A stretch of 63,753 bases of DNA, counting the filler, from Rhabdomonas costata (lineage: Eukaryota), in NCBI GenBank assembly GCA_019059605.1. It is 54 parts of 54 records of this genome, joined end to end, with 100 filler letters (N's around TTAATTAATTAA, not from the genome) between each part and the next. Parts side by side here need not be neighbours in the genome. Positions count along the whole stretch, not along the records: positions 62,672 to 63,753 come from JAHMHO010029547.1; 53 more parts are not named here. One strand, given 5' to 3'. Positions 63,269 to 63,753 of the stretch are shown piece after piece. A program made the translations under genes and the position numbers. Each line of letters begins with the position of its first letter. Position 1 is the first letter of the stretch. The notes beneath the pieces were generated by a model. The model was not told the DNA's origin and did no database searches. It saw nothing but the letters and a program-made list of their open reading frames with translations.

Positions 63269-63753
63269 CTGTGTAAGAACAAACCGCCTTGTTCGGAGCT
63301 CAGGCAGCACTTCAACTGAACAGCCAGTGCAGCGAGTGGGGAGGGTGATTCAGAGAACAGACGAACAAAACGAACGGTGAATAAGGTGATGAAAGAAGAC
63401 AAATAAAACAACATGATCATGATGGTAAAGGAAGGGCTACAGGATAGTATACGCACCAAAGCCAACATTGCGTAAAAACTGCAAGGCGTAGAATCTGCCC
63501 TAACCTTCTCACCCTCTACTCAGGAAGGATCGCATACCATGGTCGCTTCGGCTTCCCGGCGTGCTCGCCCATCTGGAATCCAACAACTGTTTCCCGCTAT
63601 CTGCTATGCTGGGCTTGGGTGTTTCCTACATGGTTGTTTCTTACGCTGGTGCCCCATATTTCATCTTGTCATCTTACTTGGTGTAGGGCTCATACTATAG
63701 CGGTTGGGCCGAAGTTGACAGGTTCAACTGCTATAGTATGAGCCCCACACCCC

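Noticed and set aside
1-63753. tRNA, rRNA, SL RNA, snoRNA genes and CRISPR arrays; most short six-frame ORFs
   Set aside because: No convincing RNA-gene signatures were seen by eye (a covariance-model scan could still find some). Most listed ORFs are shadow frames or intronic/intergenic noise.

Overview
This window is not contiguous DNA. It is 54 unrelated contigs of about 1.08 kb joined by 53 artificial ~100-nt spacers (N-run, TTAATTAATTAA, N-run), so no synteny can be inferred across spacers. Many contigs start with G/T-only and end with A/C-only sequence, and seven end in fold-back inverted repeats. Both patterns point to whole-genome-amplified, probably single-cell, material. Most contigs come from an intron-rich eukaryote, most likely a non-kinetoplastid euglenozoan (euglenid or diplonemid). 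The evidence is a euglenozoan-type RPL39, TTAGGG repeats, dense GT-AG introns with degenerate donors, and acceptor-like AG sites just before start codons. Recognisable exon fragments are RPA2, FKBP PPIase, mitochondrial glycerol-3-phosphate dehydrogenase, STE24, an SDR, a clan GH-A glycoside hydrolase, a qRRM protein, a jacalin-like domain, an EF-hand protein, a Cav-type channel pore, an acyl-CoA dehydrogenase, a MAP3K, an EGF/CUB protein, ornithine decarboxylase and a stomatin-like protein; RPL39 is complete. The most notable items are: (1) an intronless bacterial-looking contig carrying a divergent BamE-like gene with an in-frame TAA at the conserved WYY motif, directly upstream of a divergent tsf, which may be a reduced endosymbiont; (2) two independent Merlin/IS1595 transposase remnants that both have Asp instead of the catalytic Glu (NGID); (3) probable GC-AG introns; and (4) a 16-nt GC-rich motif identical in three unrelated contigs. 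All identifications come from motif recognition by eye; no searches were run.
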